Part shown: positions 50,093 through 61,979 of the stretch, piece after piece | How positions within the stretch are numbered: the first letter of the stretch is position 1 | Layout: every line of letters starts with the position of its first letter | From: Chiloscyllium plagiosum | Taxonomy: Eukaryota | Direction: 5' to 3' | NCBI RefSeq assembly: GCF_004010195.1 | Contig: NC_057755.1 | Location: forward strand, 6,727,925-6,791,924 | DNA: 64,000 nt | Program-made: the position numbers and the translations under genes | The notes under the pieces: model-generated | What the model was told of the DNA's origin: nothing | The model's input: the letters and a program-made list of their open reading frames with translations, nothing else | The model's database searches: none

Positions 50093-51120
50093 GATCAGAA
50101 ACCCACCTGAACACTTTGGACAGAAACTAACCGATCTAAAGTACTTGAACTGTAATATTACCAGTCAATTCTTGGAAAGTTAAAGTTCCCAAAATAACTG
50201 CCCTGTCACTCTCACTACTTTCGAGAATCATCTTTGTTATCCTTTCCTCTACATCTCTGGAACTTCTCAGAGGCTAATAGAGAACTACGAACAGGGTGAC
50301 CTCTCCTTGCCTGTTAAAACCTGAGCCCATACTACATAAGTAGACCAGTCCACAAATGCACTTTCTTCAAATGGAAACCTGTGCTTGAGTAACAATGCCA
50401 CACATCCCCCCTCTTCTATTAGCATCTTCTCTGTTCTTACTGAAACTTCAAAATTCTGGAACCTGCAGCAAATATTCCTGCCTCTGATCTACCCACGTCC
50501 CCGAAACAGCCACGACATCGAAATCCCAGGTCTCTATACATGCTGCAATTTCATCCATCGTATTATGCATGCTCCTGGCATTGGAGTCGACAGACTTCAA
50601 TCTAACTTATTGCCCTCTTGCGACCTTGATAAATTATTTTGGACCTCTCTACTTACCACCCCTGTTTTCTCATACTAGAATTTGGGGTCCCATTACCCGG
50701 CAGAACTTGTTTAAACCAACTCGCAGAGCATTAGAAGATTTACCCCCAGGATATTGGTACCTTCTGGTTCAGGTGAAGACCATTCCTTCTGTAGAGCTCC
50801 CACCTATCCTGGAAAGAAACCAATTATCCAGAAATCCAAAACACTCCCTCCTGCACCGTCGCTGCCGCCACGTGTTCAACTTCTCTCTCTCCCTGTTCCT
50901 TGTCTCACCAGCATGTAGAACGGGCGACAAACCAAAGATAACAACTCTCTTTGCCTGACCTCTAAGCTTCCAGCCTCGATCCCTGAAAATCTTTCTTGAA
51001 TCCCGAAATCTCTTCTTCCATATGTTGTTGCTGCCTCTGTGCACCACGACTTGGGGCTGCCTCCCCTCCTCCTCAAGATCTCAAAAACATGATCAGAGGC
51101 ATCACAAACCCTGAAGGCAA

Positions 51121-51620
51121 NNNNNNNNNNNNNNNNNNNNNNNNNNNNNNNNNNNNNNNNNNNNNNNNNNNNNNNNNNNNNNNNNNNNNNNNNNNNNNNN
51201 NNNNNNNNNNNNNNNNNNNNNNNNNNNNNNNNNNNNNNNNNNNNNNNNNNNNNNNNNNNNNNNNNNNNNNNNNNNNNNNNNNNNNNNNNNNNNNNNNNNN
51301 NNNNNNNNNNNNNNNNNNNNNNNNNNNNNNNNNNNNNNNNNNNNNNNNNNNNNNNNNNNNNNNNNNNNNNNNNNNNNNNNNNNNNNNNNNNNNNNNNNNN
51401 NNNNNNNNNNNNNNNNNNNNNNNNNNNNNNNNNNNNNNNNNNNNNNNNNNNNNNNNNNNNNNNNNNNNNNNNNNNNNNNNNNNNNNNNNNNNNNNNNNNN
51501 NNNNNNNNNNNNNNNNNNNNNNNNNNNNNNNNNNNNNNNNNNNNNNNNNNNNNNNNNNNNNNNNNNNNNNNNNNNNNNNNNNNNNNNNNNNNNNNNNNNN
51601 NNNNNNNNNNNNNNNNNNNN
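51121..51620. other. Assembly gap (exactly 500 N, probably a scaffolding join of unknown size)
   Basis: Round-number N run. Confidence 0.95.
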
Positions 51621-52829
51621 TCGAATAAACAGTCCCAGATTTGTCATCGGCACACTATTTGTACTCACAACAAGTTTGATCTTTGTGGAATCCCATGTCA
51701 CACCACAGGTTTCTTTGTTCCCCTAAACTGGTGTTGATGTACTTTTTTGCCAGCAGTTATACAGAGTGATGGCCCGTCATTTACTGCATCGATTAAACTG
51801 TAGCCCCAACAATACTGCAAGCCTACAATAATCATGATGTTGGAAATGCTCATCCATTACTCCTGGGATCGTGCACTTCCAACAACTGTTCCTCATGGTA
51901 CCCTCTGCCATACACACAATAGGATTGTATTCTCAAACAGTTAATCCCAGCAGTTACATAGAGTTCAATACTGCAACAATTGAGCATATCAAAGATTACT
52001 CATCAATCTGTTATTGCACATTGTTAGAGCAGGAGAGACTTGAACCCAGAACTCCTCGTTCGGGGTAGCAACACTGCCACTGTGCTACAAAAACTCGAAA
52101 GCAGCCAGAATGACGTGTGCTTCTGTTTGAGCAACTACACCTGTTACACACGAGCGCTTATTCAACTTCAATGCGAAAGAACACACGTGATCCATAGTTC
52201 TGACCCATGCTGAACAGATTCTACAGCGCTTGTGGCCTATAGCACAACAACAAGGCCTTTCAACCCATCAAGTGCTAATCAGACACAAAGCTGTATTTCT
52301 TCTGATACTATGTAATTACGGTTGGCCCTTAACTGAGCTGCCTTGACATCAGAAAGCCTGTTAACATTTTGAAGATTTCTACTCAATCACACTTTAACAT
52401 TTTAATTTGTAAAGAAAAACAAGGAAGCAGGGGGCACTATTTTCTGCTATTCAGCAAAAGCTAGACTTGGACAATATCACAGTCAACATGGAAATATGGG
52501 TCTCCGTTTCCAGAAACTGTCCAATCTTCCATTGTGTTATCGTCTGGCGCATCAAGCAAGAATATCTTTTAAACTCAATTTGTTAAAAGACCGCAAATTA
52601 TGCGAATTACCAATAACCTTTTGGGTTCGTTTGGGGGTGGATCTGTTGTTAAATCTGGTAGTTTGAGAACGTAATCATTCTCCCCCCCGCTATTCATTAA
52701 CCTCCCCAATAGCACTCCACCCCGTTAAATAGATTCCCAACACTGCAAATCCAGTTTTAACCATTCAGAATTCACGTCAGCACCCAACTGAGCTTTGCTG
52801 TCTTGGCTCATCATCAGTAATCCCTTTGT

Positions 52830-53045
52830 TTGCCTCTCGTTTCTTACAACACGATCAGTATTCACACCATCTCCATTTATGCTATTGACTTCTTCCTCTT
52901 CTACCCCAGCTGCTTTCAGTTTTGATGAAGATTCACTTGGCTGGAAATATTCCGTTGTTTCTCTCTTCAGAAACGATACCAAATCTGCCACATTTGTCCA
53001 GCATTCTCAGTATTCGTTTCAGACTTCCATCATCCGCAGGTCTTT
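52830..53045 (+). mobile_element. Old PLE pLTR remnant
   Basis: ttgatgaagattcacttggctggaaatatt (decayed hammerhead-like) followed by tccagcatt..ttcagacttcca pLTR-like sequence. Confidence 0.5.
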
Positions 53046-53139
53046 TTTTTAGTTCATATTGCCTTCCACGTTTGTGCGAAGATTTGCAGCTCGGGTGCTC
53101 GTTGTTGTGGTTCTGTTCTCCGAGCTGGAAGTTTTTGTT

Positions 53140-53179
53140 GCAAACGTTTCGTCCCCTGGCTAGGCGACATCATCAGTGC
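53140..53179 (-). ncRNA. Minimal hammerhead ribozyme motif, minus-strand copy
   Basis: Exact reverse complement of 53675-53714. Confidence 0.7.
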
Positions 53180-53674
53180 TTGGGAGCCTCCTGCGAAGCG
53201 CTTCTTTGAATTTTCCTCCGGTGTTTATAGTGGTCTGTCCCTGCCGCTTTCGGTTGTCAGTTTCAGCTGTCCGCTGTAGTGGTTGGTATATTGGGTCCAG
53301 GTCGATGTGTTTGTTGATGGAGTTTGTGGATGAATGCCATGCCTCTAGGAATTCCCTGGCTGTTCTCTGTCTGGCTTGCCCTATGATAGTAGTGTTGTCC
53401 CAGTCGAATTCATGTTGCTTGTTGTCTGCTTGTGTGGCTACTGAGGATAGCTGGTCGTGTCGTTTCGTGTCATCAACACTACTATCATAGGGAAAGCCAG
53501 ACAGAGAACAGCCAGGGAATTCCTAGAGGCATGGCATTCATCCACAAACTCCATCAACAAACACATCGATCTGGACCCAATATACCAGCGGACAGCTGAA
53601 ACTGACAACCGGAAGCGGCAGGGACAGACCACTATAAACACCCATCAAAGAAGCGCTTCGCAGGAGGCTCCCAA

Positions 53675-53714
53675 GCACTGATGATGTCGCCTAGCCAGGG
53701 GACGAAACGTTTGC
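53675..53714 (+). ncRNA. Minimal hammerhead ribozyme motif
   Basis: GCA-CTGATGA-T-GTCgCCT-agcc-AGGgGAC-GAAA-CG-TT-TGC: stem I GCA/TGC, catalytic core, stem II and ACGT palindrome. Confidence 0.72.
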
Positions 53715-53830
53715 AACAAAAACTTCCAGCTCGGCGAACAGAACCACAACATTGCCTTCCACTGCTGTGCCCAGGTTCTGCTCTGAGGGATCACGTCCAA
53801 CACGATGCAATATACTTTTCAGTGAAATAT

Positions 53831-53900
53831 ATGAACCAACCAACTATTCTGCTGATAAAGGAGATTTATTACCCTGTTCTTGCAATCATCGGTGTCCCTG
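53831..53900 (+). CDS. GPR139-like GPCR first coding exon (MNQPTILLIKEIYYPVLAIIGVP + 1 nt)
   Basis: IYYPxLAxxGVP is the TM1 start of this receptor group. The phase-1 donor G|GTAAAT at 53901 matches the phase-1 acceptors of the two second exons and would restore GVPAN. Confidence 0.85.
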
Positions 53901-54119
53901 GTAAATGAACATTATTTTTCATTTTCAGTTTGGATAAACTGCCCTAGGATGCTTGATCATGATCTCTGAAACAAATACTACAAGTTCAGATGTTACTCAA
54001 AAGCCAGTAGCAATCAAGATCCAATTTCCGACATTTTCCATGAACTGATTAATTTAATATTAATACGATTATTGTTGAAACAATGCAAAGATTTTCAGAG
54101 GACGATCGACCTCGAGACC

Positions 54120-54450
54120 AGCCAGGCAATACGTACCTCCAGAACCAAGAGCCATAGTTTCAGGGTACAGAGTAAGCGTTTTTAACAGTGTGCTGTGCTG
54201 AGGAGAAATTTCGCAACCCAGAAAGTGGCGAAACTGTGGAATTTTATTTTTCCATAGGAATGTGTTGAGGCAAAAGCATTTAAGACTTCCAGTGAAAATG
54301 TAGGTATAATTCTTTGGAAAGCGGGGTTAACAGTACGTGGTAAGGATGTGGGAGAAGATACTGAGTTGGACGATCAGCTTTATCACAGGAAGGGTCAGAC
54401 CAGTTGAATGGCAGACTACTCTTCCTTTCCACGACGTGTCTGTATTTCTA
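54120..54450 (+). mobile_element. Old CR1 3' fragment
   Basis: agaaccaagagccatagtttcagg...gaggagaaattt..cccagaaagtgg..ctgtggaatt resembles TRGH...RRNFFTQRVV.LWN coding sequence. Confidence 0.55.
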
Positions 54451-55099
54451 ACTCAATAAATTACGCTGAGAATCTTCAAGGCTAATCGTCTAAAATCGAA
54501 TTTGTTCCCCTCGAACATAGCTGAAATGCCGGGAAATCGTTCATTTAGATATGAACTTATTTTAGAACTAAATTGTTGGACACATCTCAAATTAGAGGCA
54601 AGTCAGTGTCTATCTCTAATCGGGATGAAGATTTCATCTTAATTTCCATAAACTTATGTTTTGAATGCAAATTACCGGATGTCAGAAATACTCTGATTGG
54701 TGTCTTTTTCCCATTTTGTTCCTTTGTACAGATAGATCATTCACAATTTCATGTGGGCTTCTTGGTAATTATCTTATAAGCATACAAACGTCTGTTATTC
54801 AGTTTCCAGTATTGTCATGTCCAGCAGTTCATCCAAAGAGAAAGTGACAATTAAGTTTGCAAAACAAGGCAGATAAACGTCCCGCTTTTCATCAAACGAG
54901 TATGAAATCCTTATATCTGGATAGGCTCCTTCTTGCACGCACACAGTCCGTCTCTTGCATACACACACTCTTGGGCACACATGCACATTCCTTTGCTCAA
55001 AGACGCATACGCTCTCTCTATCGTGCACATATGCACTCTCTCTCATGCATGTACTCTCTCTCGCGCTCACACACACTCCCTTGCACGCACTCACTCTCA

Positions 55100-57075
55100 T
55101 TGTGCAATAGACCAGTGCAATACAACGCACTCTTTCTCTGCAGTCGACCAATACGATACAGCGTGCTCTGATTGTGCAGTACATCAGTTTGATACAGCAT
55201 GCTCTGACTGTGCAGGAGACCAATGTTATACAGCATGCTCTGTTTCTGCAATAGACGAGTATTATACAACTTGCTCTGTTTGTTCAGTAGACAAGTACAG
55301 TACTGCGTGTTCTGACTGTGCAGTAGCCAAGTTCACTAAGCGTGCTTTGATTCTTTTCTGGATGAGTATAATACAGAATGCTCTGATTTGCAGTAGACTA
55401 GTATGATGCAGCGTGCTCTGTGCAACAGACCAGTACGATACAGCACGCCCTGTGCGATAGACCAGTACAACGCAGCACGCTCTATGCAGTCGACCAGTCG
55501 ATGCAGAGTGCTCTGATTGTGCAGGAAACCAGTATGATACAGCGTGCTCTGATTGTTCAATAGTTCAGAACGATACAGAATGCTCTGATTGTTCAGTAGA
55601 CCAGTATCGTACATCTTTGCAGTAGACCAGTATGATACCGCGTGCTCTGATTGTCAAGTAGACCAATATGATACAGTGTGGTCTGATTGTGCAATTACGT
55701 AATGTACAGCATGTTCTGTACAGTAGACCAGTACGATGGAGCGCACTTTGTGCAGTAGACAAGTATGATACACCATGCTCTGATTGCACTTTGGGCTAAT
55801 AAGAGAAAACGTCCTGTTATTGTGCAGGAAACCAATGTCCTACAGGATGCTCTGTGCCGCAGACTGGTAAAATACAGCACAGTAGATCAGTACGATACAT
55901 CGTGCTCTGTTTGTGCAGTAGAAAAGTAGGAGACACGTCCTCTGATTGTGCAGCAGACCAGCACGAAAGAGCATGCTCTGTGGAATAGACCAGTGCGATG
56001 CACCATACTCTGTACATTAGATCAATTGCGATATAACGTGTTCTGCTCATGCAGTAGACCAATAGGATGCAGCGTGCTCTGATAGTGCAGTCACTTATTA
56101 TGATACAGTGCACTCTGATTGTGCAGTTGACCAGTACAATGCAGCGTGCTCTGATTGCTCACTAGACCAGTACAATACAGCATACTTTGTGCATCAGACC
56201 AGTACGATACAACATGATCTGAATGTTCAGTGGACCAGTACAATACAGAGTACTCTGTGCAACAGACCAGTTCGATACAGTGTTCTCTGATTGTGCAGCA
56301 GACCAGCATGATACAGCATGCTCTGTTCAGTAGACCAGTACAATACAGTGTGCTCTGATTATGCAGTAAACCAGTGTGATACAGTGTGCTCTAGCAATGT
56401 AGTAGACCAGTACGATACAGTATCCTCTAATTGTGTGGGAGACCAATAAGATAGAGTGTGTTCTGATTGTCCAGTAGAGCATTTCGATCTTGTGTGCTCT
56501 GATTAGGAAGCAGACCAGAATGACAGAACGTGCATTGATTGTGCAGTTGGACCAGTACGATATAGTGTGCTCTGATTCTGCAGTACACCAGTGCAACAGA
56601 ACGTTCTCTGATTGTTCAAAAGATGACTACAATGTAGCGTTTCTGTACAGTAGAACAGTACTGCATGGTGCGATTGTGCAGCAGAACAGTACAATTCAGC
56701 GTGTTCTATGCAGTAGACCAGTAAGATACAGCGTAATCTGATTGTGCAGTAGACCAGTGTAATACAACATGCTCTGTGTTGTAGTCCCGTGCTATTTTCT
56801 TGTACAGTACGGTGGTCTTGTACAATATAGAGTTATCTGAATGTGCAGTGGGCCAGTCAGTTACGGCCTGCTCTGACTGCGCAGCAGACCAGTATGAAAA
56901 AATGCGCTCTGATTGTGCAGTAGACCAGCAAGATAAAGCGTGCTCTGTGCAGCAGGACTGTATGATACAGCGTGCTGTGATTATACAGCAGACCAGTGCA
57001 TTACAGTCTGCTCTGACTGTGCAAGAGACCAGGACGATACCGCGTGCTCTGAATGTGTAGTAGAGGAGTACAATA
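55100..57075. repeat. 32-36 bp minisatellite, uninterrupted copy
   Basis: Same unit as 366-4265. Confidence 0.92.
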
Positions 57076-57590
57076 CATCTTACTCCACCTAGTTTAGTCT
57101 GCACTGACTATCTGTCAGGTGGCATCGCCAGTGCAGCCCAACTGCCCCACCCCCAGTTGGCACACTTGGCTGGACCCTTTCTGACACACAGTGTGTGAGG
57201 GGGTAGACCACTCCAGGAGGTTGGTAGCTGGTTGTGGACTGGCAACCGCCAAGGCAGTGGCCACACTCTCACAGCCCCCAACACCTTCCCCTCCACAGAC
57301 CACATGTACGTGAATGGAAGGCAATTGAGCACCTTCCAGCTGTTCAGTTCTGCGACATCGCCTCGTCAGTGCCATATGCAGTCAATGGTGCACAGACCCA
57401 GCTTCACATGCCCTGCGCTCATCGTCCATCATCCAGTCCCCAGCACCCAGTGGTCCACTGTACAGCATCCAGTGCCGAGCTCACACCACACAACACCCAG
57501 CCGCCAGCATCCAGCGGGAGACCCAGATCTGTACTTGAAAGGTGCTAACTCGGGGGCTGAGGATACAGCCCAAATACCCAGAGATCGAGA

Positions 57591-59570
57591 TAGAACATAG
57601 AACATATAAACGCACAGCACTGAACAGGCCCTTTAGCCCAAGATGTTGTGCTGATGTTAAATCCTAATATAAAATAAAATACCGCAACCTATGCATCCCG
57701 CAACTCACTGCTATCCATGTGCATGCCCAGCAGTTGCTTAAATGTCCCTAATGATCTGGTTCCACCGCCACCGCTGGAAATGCATTCCCTGCATTCAAAG
57801 CTCTCTCTGTAAAGCACCGACCTCTGACATCTCCTCTATACCTTTCTCTTTATATCTTAAAACGATGACCACTTGTACCAGTCAATCCTGCCCTGGGGAA
57901 AAATTTCTGGCTATTGAATCTAGCTATTCCTCTCATTGTCTTGTATTCCTCGATCAGGTCTCCTCTCTTCCTCCTTCTCCCCAGAGAGAAAAATCGGAGC
58001 TTTCGCATAAGGCAAGCCCTCCAGTCCAGGGAGCGTCTTAGTAAACCTTCTTTGCACCCTCTCCAAAGCTTCTGTATCTTTCCCATAGTAGGGCGACCAG
58101 AACTGGACACAATATTCCAAGTGTGGTCTCACCCTGGACTTGTAGTGCTGTAGCAAAACCTCGCAGCGATTAAACTCTATCCCCCTGTTAATGAAAGCCA
58201 AAATAGCATATGCTTTCTTAACAACCCTATCCATTTGTGTGGCAACTTTGAGGGATCTATGCACTTGAACACCAAGATCACTCTGTTCCTCTTCAATGCC
58301 AAGAATCCTCTATTTAATCCTATATTCAGCATTCGAGTTAGACGATCAATAATGCATCATTTCACATTTATCCAGGTTGAACTCCATATGCCAATTCTCA
58401 GTCCAGTCCTACATCCTGTCTATGTCGCACTGCAGCCTGTAATAGCCCTCTATACTATTAACGGCACTTCCAATCTTTGTGTCATCTTCAAATTTACTAA
58501 CCTTACCCTCAAACTCCTCATCCAAGTCATTTATAAAAACTACAAAGAACAGAGGCCCAAGAACACAGCCCTACGGGACACCACTCGTCACTGACCTCCA
58601 GGCGGAAGGTTTTCTGTCAGCCAACCAATTCAGAATCCAGATAGCCAACTCTCCCTGTATCCCATACTTCCTGACTTTATGAATGAGCCTACCATGGGGA
58701 ACCTTGTCAAGTGCCTTGCTAAAGTCCAGATACACCACATCCATTGCTCTACCTTCATCGACCTATCTTGTCAGGCACCTCAAATAACTCAATATGGATG
58801 GTGAGGCATAATGTGCTCCTGATAAAGCCATGCTGCCTACCTTTAAGAACACCATGCTTTGCCAAATATTCATCAATCGTATCCATTAGACTTCTTTCCA
58901 AACATTTGCTGACCACAGACTTAACACTGAATGGTCTGCAATTGCCCAGGAGTACCCTGTTGTCCTTCTTGAAAAAAGCAACAACATTTGCCTCATTTCA
59001 ATCCTCCAGTATGACTCCCGTTCAAAGTGACGAGGCAAAGATCTTCGGCAGCTGCTTAGCAAACTCCTTTCGCGCTTCTGGGAGCAGCCTACGATAAATC
59101 TGGTCTGTCCCTGGGGACGTATCAATCTTAATGTTTGCCAAAATTTCCAGCACATCAAGTACTGTTCCATGCTCGAAGTTCGTCACTCTTGTTTCTGACA
59201 TTCCTTGCGTTATAGCAGACACACTTTCACTGATCCCTTTGTTTCATTGCGTGAGAAACCTTCCAGATAGATTCACTACATCCTGTCTCTGCCCCATCTG
59301 TGACTGTCCCCCACTCAGATATGTGGCACTGATTCCCACCCCCCTATCAAACAAGTTTAAAAACTCCCGAATCACACGAGCAAATCTCCCACCAAGGACA
59401 TTTGTGCCCGTCCAGTTCAGGTGCAACCCGTCCTTCATGTACAGGTACCAACTTCCCCAAAAGTTATCCCAATGGTCTAGGTATCTGAAGTCATCCCTCC
59501 TGCACGAGCCTCGCAGCCACATGTTAGCTGTATTAACTGACTGTTCCTCGCCTCACGATCGCGTGGCAAC
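57591..59570 (-). mobile_element. CR1, paralog of 4779-7935 with a 1183-bp internal deletion
   Basis: Junction cacatCAAgtactg at 59151-59165 joins copy-A positions 6346 and 7530. Confidence 0.92.
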
Positions 59571-59689
59571 GGTAGCAAACAGGGGTTCAGAAGTGAAGAA
59601 GTATTTTAGTGTCTGAGGTTCAGTCATGAGGCAGTAACGTCGCAGCCAGTGCTGTGACATTGTCTGAGAACTGACAAAGTTTTCAAGCC

Positions 59690-60375
59690 CAATTCTCCCA
59701 TTTAGTCGTGCCCTACTCTATTTCTCCAATCCAGTACTGTCCTGCCCCAATTCTCCCATTAAATGCTGCACTGCAACAGTTCTTCCATTACTTTATGCTC
59801 TGTTCAAAATTCTCCTATTCAGACGTGGCCTGGCCGAATTATTCCATGTGGTAGTTCCTTGCAATGGTTGGTTTTCTCATTTGTTGGTCCATTGCCAGAA
59901 TATTTTAAATTTTAGCATGGACTAGTTGAACAGGAAGGTGTTTCTATCCTGTACATCTCTGTGATTGCATGACTCTATTTAGGGCTGCACTGCTCTGCAC
60001 CAATTCTCCCATTTACCAGTCTTGCACAAATCCTGGAGCTGTACTATCTCTCCGTTCAGTATTATCCTGCCCCAGTTTTCCCACGTAGTGTTACCCTGCA
60101 CTAATTCTCGTATCTTGTGACACCGGCATGAATTCTCCAATTATTGATGCCCGTACATCTTTTCTCCAATACACTTATTCCACGTATTGGTTCCATACTC
60201 AATTTTTTTTATTTAGTCATGCGCAGACAGAATGTCCAATTTACTGATGCTTGCAACATTTATCTTCTTTTTATTCATGCCCGTTTTGATCCTATTTAGA
60301 CCCTCTCTGCTCAAACTCTCTAATTTATTGGCACTGCCACAAATTCTATAATGTAATGGCACTTTGCACCAAACT
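59690..60375. repeat. Degenerate 29-bp satellite
   Basis: Paralog of 8060-8750. Confidence 0.75.
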
Positions 60376-60379
60376 CGCA

Positions 60380-61324
60380 TTCTGGATTAGTGGTGCTGGA
60401 AGAGCACAGCAATTCAGGCAGCATCCGAGGACCAGCCAAATCGACGTTTCGGGCAAAAGCTCTTCATCAGGAATAAAGGCAGAGAGCCTAAAGCGTGGTG
60501 AGATAAGCTGGAGGAGGGTGGGGATGGGGAGAGAGTAGCATAGAGTACAATAGGTCAGTGGGGGAGGAGATGTAGCTGATAGGTCATGGAGGAGAGGGTG
60601 GAGTGGATATGTGGAAAAGGAGCTGGGCAGGTCGGACAAGTCCGGACAAGACAAGGGGACAGTGTTGAGCTGGAGGTTTGAAACCAGGATGAGGTGGGGG
60701 AAGGGGAAACAAGGAAACTGTTGAAGTCCACATTGATGCCCTGGGGTTGAAGTGTTCCGAGGCGGAAGATGAGACGTTCTTCCTCCATGCGTCTGGTGGT
60801 GAGGGTGCGGCGGTAGAGGAGGCCCAGGACGTCCATATCCTCGGCAGAGTGGGAGGGGGAGTTGAAATGTTGAGCCACAGGGCGGTTTTGGTTGATTGGT
60901 GCGGGTGTCTCGGAGATGTTCCATAAAGCGCTCTGCTAGGAGATGCCCAGTCTCCCCAGTAGGGGGGCGTGGACCTGACCAGGTAGTCACGGAGGGAACG
61001 GTCTTTGCGGAAGGTGGAAAGGGGTGGGGAGGGAAATATATCCCTGGTGGTGGGGTCTGTTTGGAGGTGGCGGAAATGTCGGCGGATGATTTGGTTTATG
61101 CGAAGGTTGGTGGGTTGGAAGGTGAGCACCAGGGTCGTTCTGTCCTTGTTACGGTTGGAGGGGTTGGATCTGAGGGCGGAGGTGCGGGCTGTGAAAGAGA
61201 TGCGTTGGAGGGCATCTTTAACCACGAGGGAAGGGAAATTGCGGTCTCGAAAGAAGGAGCACGTGGGAAGGGAAATTGTGGTCTCGAAAGAAGAAGCACA
61301 TGGGAAGGGAAATTGCGGTCTCTG
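60380..61324 (-). mobile_element. PLE, paralog of 8755-9880 (hammerhead motif 60443-60470; about 185-bp internal deletion)
   Basis: Same GIY-YIG translation; minus strand CTGATGAAGAGCTTTTGCCCGAAACGTC. Confidence 0.9.
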
Positions 61325-61975
61325 CCATTTAGTGGTGCCCGACTCTAATTCTCCTATGTAATGCCACAATTCTCTAATTGAGTTCCACTGTGCACCAGTT
61401 CTTCCATTTAGTATTTCCCTGCAACACTTATCTCAGTTAGTTATTCGCTGCTAGAATTCTCTAATATTGATGTGTCCTGCATCAAAACTCCAATCTGCAC
61501 GGAGAGTGAAAATGCCTTATTTCTGCACTGCACCAATTCTCACATCTAATACTGCATGGCACAAATTCTCACATTGAGCATTACACTGCCCCGATTCTCC
61601 TATTTAGTCCAACACTGCACCAATTCGATCATTTCGTACTATACTGTGTCAAGTCTCCTAGTTAATGCTGCTCTGCACCAATCCTCCCATTTAGTGCTCC
61701 ACATTTCCCAATTCTCCCATTTAAAAATAAATTCATCAGTTCTCCTATTTGTTCTGATACAGAACCAATTCGCCCATTTAGTGCTACACTGCATCAATTC
61801 TCACATTACGACACTGCACTAATTCTCCATTTAGTATTTTAATGCTTCAATACTCCCATTTAGTACTACACTATCCCCGTTCTCCCGTTTACTGCTATAC
61901 TGCTGAAGTTCTTCCATTTAATATAAGACTTCCATAATTCTCCCTTTCAGTACTACACTGCATCAATTTACTTTG
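61325..61975. repeat. Degenerate 29-bp satellite
   Basis: Recurring ccaattctcccatttagt core. Confidence 0.85.
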
Positions 61976-61979
61976 AACA

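Larger units (their letters stand above)
45906..51117 (-). mobile_element. Degenerate near-full-length CR1 hosting a nested PLE and a SINE
   Basis: (agaacat) tail, KKGSKDNPGSYRPVSL, GRSCLTNLIE, and ORF1 esterase VHRGSNN / FGFLDNW. The sequence is continuous across 47490/49080. Confidence 0.88.
53070..53750. mobile_element. Fold-back Penelope-like element (second family) with 12-bp TSD
   Basis: TSD attgccttccac at 53058-53069 and 53751-53762; inverted arms 53104-53397 and 53474-53750; encodes the GIY-YIG C-terminus AREFLEAWHS..INKHIDLDPIYQ. Confidence 0.92.
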
